43,275 bases of DNA, taken from positions 1 through 43,275 of the forward strand of contig CALVUY010000003.1 in the NCBI GenBank assembly GCA_944363705.1, in the 5' to 3' direction. The number at the start of each line of letters is the position of its first letter. Position 1 is the first letter of the stretch. Under the pieces are notes generated by a model. That model was given only the letters and a program-made list of their open reading frames with translations, made no database searches and had not been told where the DNA came from. Positions 38,851-43,275 of the stretch are shown here, one piece after another. The DNA comes from an uncultured Bacilli bacterium. Its GTDB lineage: Bacteria > Bacillota_I > Bacilli_A > RF39 > UBA660. The translations under genes were made by a program, and so were the position numbers.

Positions 38851-39510
38851 ATGTATAACAAAAAAATGAATAGATTAATGATAGGACAAGCATTGCTCTT
38901 TGGACTTATAATTGTCTTCTTTGGTATTATTATTGTTAAAGAAAAAGTACCTAGTTTAAAGTCTAAAAATGTAGAAGAAGATATCAATACTTATTTTGAA
39001 GAAAATTATAATGATTTAGATGTATCTAAAGGAGATTTAGAATATAATAAGGACGATAACAGTTATAGCATTACCTATTACGATAAAGATTATAAAGAGT
39101 TAAACTTTACTATTACATATTCAAATAATAAGACTACTGATAATTATAAAGATAACTATGTAAAAGGAAAAGATGTTCTTAAGAGGGCAAGTAAAGATGT
39201 ATTAGATAAGTATGAAGATATTTTTTCTAATACTAATTATGAAAATATAAAAGTAGAGTTTAAAGATTTAGATGAGTATAATAAAGCTGAAGTGGTGGAT
39301 ATTTTAGAAGGTAATATTTTTAATACGGGATATTACTCAGTTAGTTATTATGTTAAAGTAGATAGTTTAGATGAAGTTTATCTTAATAATTTAATTAATA
39401 GTTTTAATACTATTGCTGCTGATAATGGTTTGGTTACAAATAATTATAGTGTTACTTTTGATAATAATGGTATAATAAAGATAGTTGAAGGAGGAAATTT
39501 TAATGAATGA
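38851..39510 (+). CDS. Membrane-anchored hypothetical protein
   Basis: N-terminal TM helix. The stop overlaps the hit start. Exact start uncertain. Confidence 0.75.
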   Translation: MYNKKMNRLMIGQALLFGLIIVFFGIIIVKEKVPSLKSKNVEEDINTYFEENYNDLDVSKGDLEYNKDDNSYSITYYDKDYKELNFTITYSNNKTTDNYKDNYVKGKDVLKRASKDVLDKYEDIFSNTNYENIKVEFKDLDEYNKAEVVDILEGNIFNTGYYSVSYYVKVDSLDEVYLNNLINSFNTIAADNGLVTNNYSVTFDNNGIIKIVEGGNFNE

Positions 39511-39901
39511 TTGTTTATTCTGTAAAATAATTAAAGGAGATATTCCATCTTATAAAGTCTATGAAGATGATAAAGTATTAGCTTTCTTAGATGTTAATCC
39601 TAATAGTGATGGTCATACTTTAGTAATACCTAAAGAACATTATGAAAATTTATTTGAGACACCTAATGAGTTAATTATTTATATGATAGATACTATTAAG
39701 ACTCATATTTATCCTATATTAAAAGAGAAACTTAATATTGATGGTTTAACTATTTGTCAAAATAATTATTATGGACAAGATGTTAAACATTATCATATTC
39801 ATTTAATACCAAGATATGATAGTGATAGTTTTAAATGTACCTTTGATGAAAATAGTGTTAGTAAATTAGACGATGTGTATGATAAGTTTAAAACTGAGTA
39901 G
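39503..39901 (+). CDS. hit: HIT family protein
   Basis: CLFCKI, AFLD..P, GHTLVIPK and GQ.V.HYHIH. ATG 39503 after AGGAGG. Confidence 0.95.
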   Translation: MNDCLFCKIIKGDIPSYKVYEDDKVLAFLDVNPNSDGHTLVIPKEHYENLFETPNELIIYMIDTIKTHIYPILKEKLNIDGLTICQNNYYGQDVKHYHIHLIPRYDSDSFKCTFDENSVSKLDDVYDKFKTE

Positions 39902-39920
39902 AAATTTTTACTCAGTTTTA
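39889..39920. terminator. Terminator overlapping the hit stop
   Basis: TAAAACTGAGTA-N8-TACTCAGTTTTA. Confidence 0.8.
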
Positions 39921-40003
39921 CTGTTTAATATTTTTCTTATTTCTTAAAGTTTTACGGTTATAATCGCAAAACTTTTTATTTTTCTGTTTTTTGCGACTAC
40001 AGA

Positions 40004-40504
40004 CTATTTTAAAAAGAAACTAAAGATGAAATCAGTAATTATTAATATTAAAAGAATTATAGAAATAAATTTAGGAATTTTTTCTATAAACTTATCTGTT
40101 AGAGGCTTTACTACATATAAGAATATTAGACATGCAGTTCCCCATACTAGGCTTACTTCTAAAGATATATATTTACCAAAATTATATTTCATGTCAGTAT
40201 AATCCCAAAAACTTTTGTGAAAAATAAACTCTGTTAAATGTCCTCCTACTAGTTCTATAATTGTTAATAATGCTGTAACACTTATAAATAAGATAATTAT
40301 TTTTTGCCATCTTTTTATCTTTAAATTATTAAATATTAATCTTGTTAGAAAAATCATAATAATTACACCAAAACCATAAATAGGCATCCATGGTCCATAA
40401 AAAGGATTACTAGTAAAATCTCCTGTCAATATTAACTGTAATATATTCTCATAAATAAATCCTAAGATAGCGAAAAAAAGAAAATTATTTAAATAATAAT
40501 ACAT
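40004..40504 (-). CDS. Putative ABC transporter permease (CmpB/DUF1113-like) membrane protein
   Basis: LG..YE, GPW.PIYG.G, WDY....N..G.I.L and S..WG motifs. Confidence 0.82.
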   Translation of the reverse strand: MYYYLNNFLFFAILGFIYENILQLILTGDFTSNPFYGPWMPIYGFGVIIMIFLTRLIFNNLKIKRWQKIIILFISVTALLTIIELVGGHLTEFIFHKSFWDYTDMKYNFGKYISLEVSLVWGTACLIFLYVVKPLTDKFIEKIPKFISIILLILIITDFIFSFFLK

Positions 40505-40585
40505 AGTATCACACTCTTTTCTATATTATTATTAACAATTTTCTTTATATAATACAAAAAGAAACTCTAAAAAAGAGCTTCTTAA

Positions 40586-40714
40586 TTAATAACTCATGCA
40601 AGAACCTAAGATGATAGCTAGTAAGATATATAATACAATTATAATTAGAAAACTATTTCTTGGTCTTGATGAACAGCAGCTGGTAGTTACTGTTTGATTA
40701 TTTGAACAAGACAT
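40586..40714 (-). CDS. Unannotated 42-aa YjcZ/SscA-family sporulation microprotein
   Basis: AAAAGGAGGT RBS. MSCSNNQTVTTSCCSSRPRNSFLIIIVLYILLAIILGSCMSY carries the F..I.VL(F/Y)ILL.I.G signature. Confidence 0.85.
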   Translation of the reverse strand: MSCSNNQTVTTSCCSSRPRNSFLIIIVLYILLAIILGSCMSY

Positions 40715-40736
40715 TTTTACACCTCCTTTTTATACC

Positions 40737-40817
40737 TTAGCAGACAGCACCTATTATAATAACTAGTAAGATAAATAATACTAATATAATAGCGCTGTTT
40801 GAATTACAATTACCCAT
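40737..40817 (-). CDS. Unannotated 26-aa YjcZ/SscA-family sporulation microprotein
   Basis: AAAGGAGG RBS. MGNCNSNSAIILVLFILLVIIIGAVC. Confidence 0.87.
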   Translation of the reverse strand: MGNCNSNSAIILVLFILLVIIIGAVC

Positions 40818-40849
40818 AACTTAATCCTCCTTTTTTCTAGTGTTCACAT

Positions 40850-40878
40850 TATTCTATGGTAAATATTAAAAAAGTGTG
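40850..40878 (-). promoter_or_regulatory. sigK-type promoter of the microprotein pair
   Basis: CACA-N16-CATAgaaTA matches the B. subtilis sigK consensus mACA-N16-CATAnnnTA. Confidence 0.7.
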
Positions 40879-40898
40879 ATAAATTTGCTTTATTTTGT

Positions 40899-40927
40899 TT
40901 GCAAGTTAGGTAAGATAATGCTATGAT
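40899..40927 (+). promoter_or_regulatory. sigA promoter of prsA
   Basis: TTGCAA-N17-TATGAT with TGn. Confidence 0.75.
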
Positions 40928-40956
40928 ATTTATTGAATTGATAAGGAGGAAATTAA

Positions 40957-41961
40957 ATGAAAAAAATAGGTAAAGTAACAGCAAGTGCTCTTGCAATATG
41001 CTTACTTGTTACTGGTTGTGGAAATAATGCTGAACTTAAAGATAATAATACAGTTGTTAAAACTGATGAAGGAAAGATTACAGCAGATCAGTTATATGAA
41101 AGTTTAAGAGATAAGTATGGTATTGCATTACTTGTTGATATGATTGATCGTCAATTATTTGAGGAAAAGTATAAGACTGATGAAACTGAAGAAGAGACTA
41201 TTGATGCTCAAATTGAGCAAATGAAGAGTCAATACAGTAATGACGAAGATGCATTTAATGCTGCTATTACTCAATATTTAGGTGTAGAGAATGAAGATGA
41301 ACTTAGAGAGTTATTATCACTTGAATATAAGAGAAATTTAGCAATTGAAGAGCATGTTCAAGATAGTGTTACTGATGATGAGATAGAGAAATATTATGAC
41401 GATGAAGTTATTGGTGATATTAAGGTAAGACATATCTTAATTAAACCTGAAACTACTGATGATATGTCTACTGAAGAACAAACTGAAGCTGAAGAAAAAG
41501 CTAAGAAAGAAGCAGAAGATTTAATTAAAAAGTTAGATGATGGTGCTGACTTTGAAGAGCTTGCTAAAGAATATTCTGATGATACTGGTAGTGCTAGTGA
41601 TGGTGGTTTAATTGATTACTTTAATAAAGATGATAATATGGATGAAGCTTTCTTAAATGCATCAATTGATCTTGAAGAAGGTAAATATACAGAAGAGCCT
41701 GTTCAATCTAGTTTTGGTTATCATATTATTCTTAAGTTAGATCAAAAGAAGAAACCTAAACTAAATAAGGTTAAAAATGATATAATAGAGACTTTAGCAG
41801 AAGAAAAGTTAAATGAAGATGCAGCACTTAGATATAATGCTTTAATAGAGATTAGAGAAGAGGCTGGTATTAAGTTTAACGATGATAGCTTAAAGAAAGA
41901 TTATGATGAGTTAATGCAACAATTAATAGATAGTGTTAATAGTAGTACTACTGCTAGTTAA
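40957..41961 (+). CDS. prsA: Foldase PrsA (parvulin PPIase lipoprotein)
   Basis: Lipobox LVTGC, HILI, FEELAKEYS.D.GSA..GG and S.FGYHII. Confidence 0.95.
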   Translation: MKKIGKVTASALAICLLVTGCGNNAELKDNNTVVKTDEGKITADQLYESLRDKYGIALLVDMIDRQLFEEKYKTDETEEETIDAQIEQMKSQYSNDEDAFNAAITQYLGVENEDELRELLSLEYKRNLAIEEHVQDSVTDDEIEKYYDDEVIGDIKVRHILIKPETTDDMSTEEQTEAEEKAKKEAEDLIKKLDDGADFEELAKEYSDDTGSASDGGLIDYFNKDDNMDEAFLNASIDLEEGKYTEEPVQSSFGYHIILKLDQKKKPKLNKVKNDIIETLAEEKLNEDAALRYNALIEIREEAGIKFNDDSLKKDYDELMQQLIDSVNSSTTAS

Positions 41962-41982
41962 TAGTAATAAAATTTAATAGTT

Positions 41983-42019
41983 AAGAGAAGTACACATTTT
42001 TAGGTTACTTCTCTTTTTT
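41983..42019 (+). terminator. Terminator of prsA
   Basis: AAGAGAAGTA...TACTTCTCTT followed by TTTT. Confidence 0.8.
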
Positions 42020-42046
42020 GACAAAATAGATACTTTGTGATATAAT
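42018..42046 (+). promoter_or_regulatory. Consensus sigA promoter with extended -10
   Basis: TTGACA(42018-42023)-N17-TATAAT(42041-42046) with TGn. Confidence 0.9.
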
Positions 42047-42077
42047 ATGCGACACAAGAGACGAAAGGGATGAAATA

Positions 42078-42773
42078 ATGAGAAAAGATATAACTCTAGA
42101 AACTAAGGAAAGATTAATACCTATTTATGAACAAGTAGAAAAAGATTTTAGTAAATTTCCTGATATTAAGACTACTGAAGATTTCTTTGCTTGGAGAGAT
42201 AATATAAAAAAGGAAATAGAAGATGAATTTGTGAAAGCTCAAAAGCCATGCGATGATGCTACAAAAAAGATATTGCGTAATAAAAAAGTAGAAGAAGCTA
42301 TTCAAGGAAATGAGTCATTAGAAATGCTTTATGCTTGGACTAAATGTGATAGAATGGTTACTGGTACTAAAGCTTTAATTCGTACTGTTAATGACAGATA
42401 TGGAATTGAAGATAATGATCATGTAATTAAGGCTAGTGATGTTTTGCATAATCATCTTATAGAAAATGGTAAAGGTAATGTCAGTGATTTATTTGATCTT
42501 TTTCAAATACAAGAACTTAATTTATTAGTAAAGTATCAAAACTATGAATTTAAACCTATAACTACGCGTTTTGAATTTGAAAGATTAATATTTAAACAAG
42601 ATGAATATCCTTGGCCTGCTCCTTTTTTTATCGCTGCTTTAAAAGCTTATGGTGTAGAAACTGAAGATTTACTTGCTATAGGAAGAAAGTTCTTATTTTT
42701 AGGTAAAAATTACATAGAAGAGGTTAAAAATAATTATTCTAATACAGAAGAGAAAAAGCATACACATAAATAA
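42078..42773 (+). CDS. Hypothetical protein
   Basis: 231-aa ORF with its own promoter and an AAAGGGA RBS. No family recognised. Confidence 0.78.
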   Translation: MRKDITLETKERLIPIYEQVEKDFSKFPDIKTTEDFFAWRDNIKKEIEDEFVKAQKPCDDATKKILRNKKVEEAIQGNESLEMLYAWTKCDRMVTGTKALIRTVNDRYGIEDNDHVIKASDVLHNHLIENGKGNVSDLFDLFQIQELNLLVKYQNYEFKPITTRFEFERLIFKQDEYPWPAPFFIAALKAYGVETEDLLAIGRKFLFLGKNYIEEVKNNYSNTEEKKHTHK

Positions 42774-42796
42774 AGGAGGTAATGAACTTATCACCT

Positions 42797-43275
42797 TTAT
42801 TCTTTTGGTATATTAAAGCCTAAGCTATACATTTTTTGTTTAAGTTTATACTCTAGTTCTTTGCCAGAGTATTTTTTACTTAATTTGTTATAATATTTTT
42901 CATATTCTTTTTTAGCAATGTCATTATTTTCTTCTATATCAGTAGAGTTTAATACTTCTTTTATTATATCTTTAGAAAAGCCATTATTAATTAAATCTAC
43001 TTGTAATTTTTGTTTTAAAACTTTGGCACTTTTATTATGATTAGATTTTATTTTTTTAGAGATTAACTTCTCTATTTTTTCTTTTTCTAAAAAGCTCGTA
43101 TACTCTTCTAAAGCTTCATTATAGTCATTAGGCTCTACTCCTTTTTTCTCTAGCTCTAAAGCTATTTTTTTAGGGCCTTTATTAGTTGTAATAATACTAT
43201 TATGAACATAACTCTTAGCATAGTTTTTATCATTAATATAACCTTGTTTTTCTAAAGTAGTGATAGCAAAGTCTA
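42797..43275 (-). CDS. recX: RecX family regulator, 3' part (5' end outside the window)
   Basis: Manual translation ...LEKQGYINDKNYAKSY...KGPKKIALELEKKGV...YSLGFNIPKE*, with TAA at 42797-42799. Confidence 0.88.
   Translation of the reverse strand, partial: DFAITTLEKQGYINDKNYAKSYVHNSIITTNKGPKKIALELEKKGVEPNDYNEALEEYTSFLEKEKIEKLISKKIKSNHNKSAKVLKQKLQVDLINNGFSKDIIKEVLNSTDIEENNDIAKKEYEKYYNKLSKKYSGKELEYKLKQKMYSLGFNIPKE

Overview
Chromosomal window from a very AT-rich Bacilli-class firmicute using genetic code 11 (pdp ends in TGA). The gene content suggests an uncultured RF39-like gut lineage, which is an inference. Housekeeping genes include polC, sufCDSUB, rluB, ferredoxin, pepF, ltaS, pdp, a short ssb, hit, prsA, partial recX, and an alpha/beta-hydrolase, membrane MurF-like and Ddl-like trio. 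Accessory genes include GNAT, VOC, a PD-(D/E)XK nuclease, an AAA-DUF4143 ATPase, several orphans and surface proteins. I found no rRNA, tRNA, CRISPR array, transposase or integrase. The top finding is an unannotated leader upstream of a 615-aa TasA-like, tandem-lectin-like surface protein: a sigA-type promoter, a leader peptide containing a G10 tract, and an intrinsic terminator. Only tract lengths of 3n carry the ribosome into the terminator stem, which suggests a homopolymer-driven phase-variable attenuator currently in the predicted OFF state. Other highlights are two unannotated YjcZ/SscA-family sporulation microproteins with a consensus sigK promoter divergent from prsA, a collagen-like spore protein near a GT2-TPR glycosyltransferase, a thioester-domain adhesin paired with an Arg-less sortase, and a 72-aa insertion in PolC.
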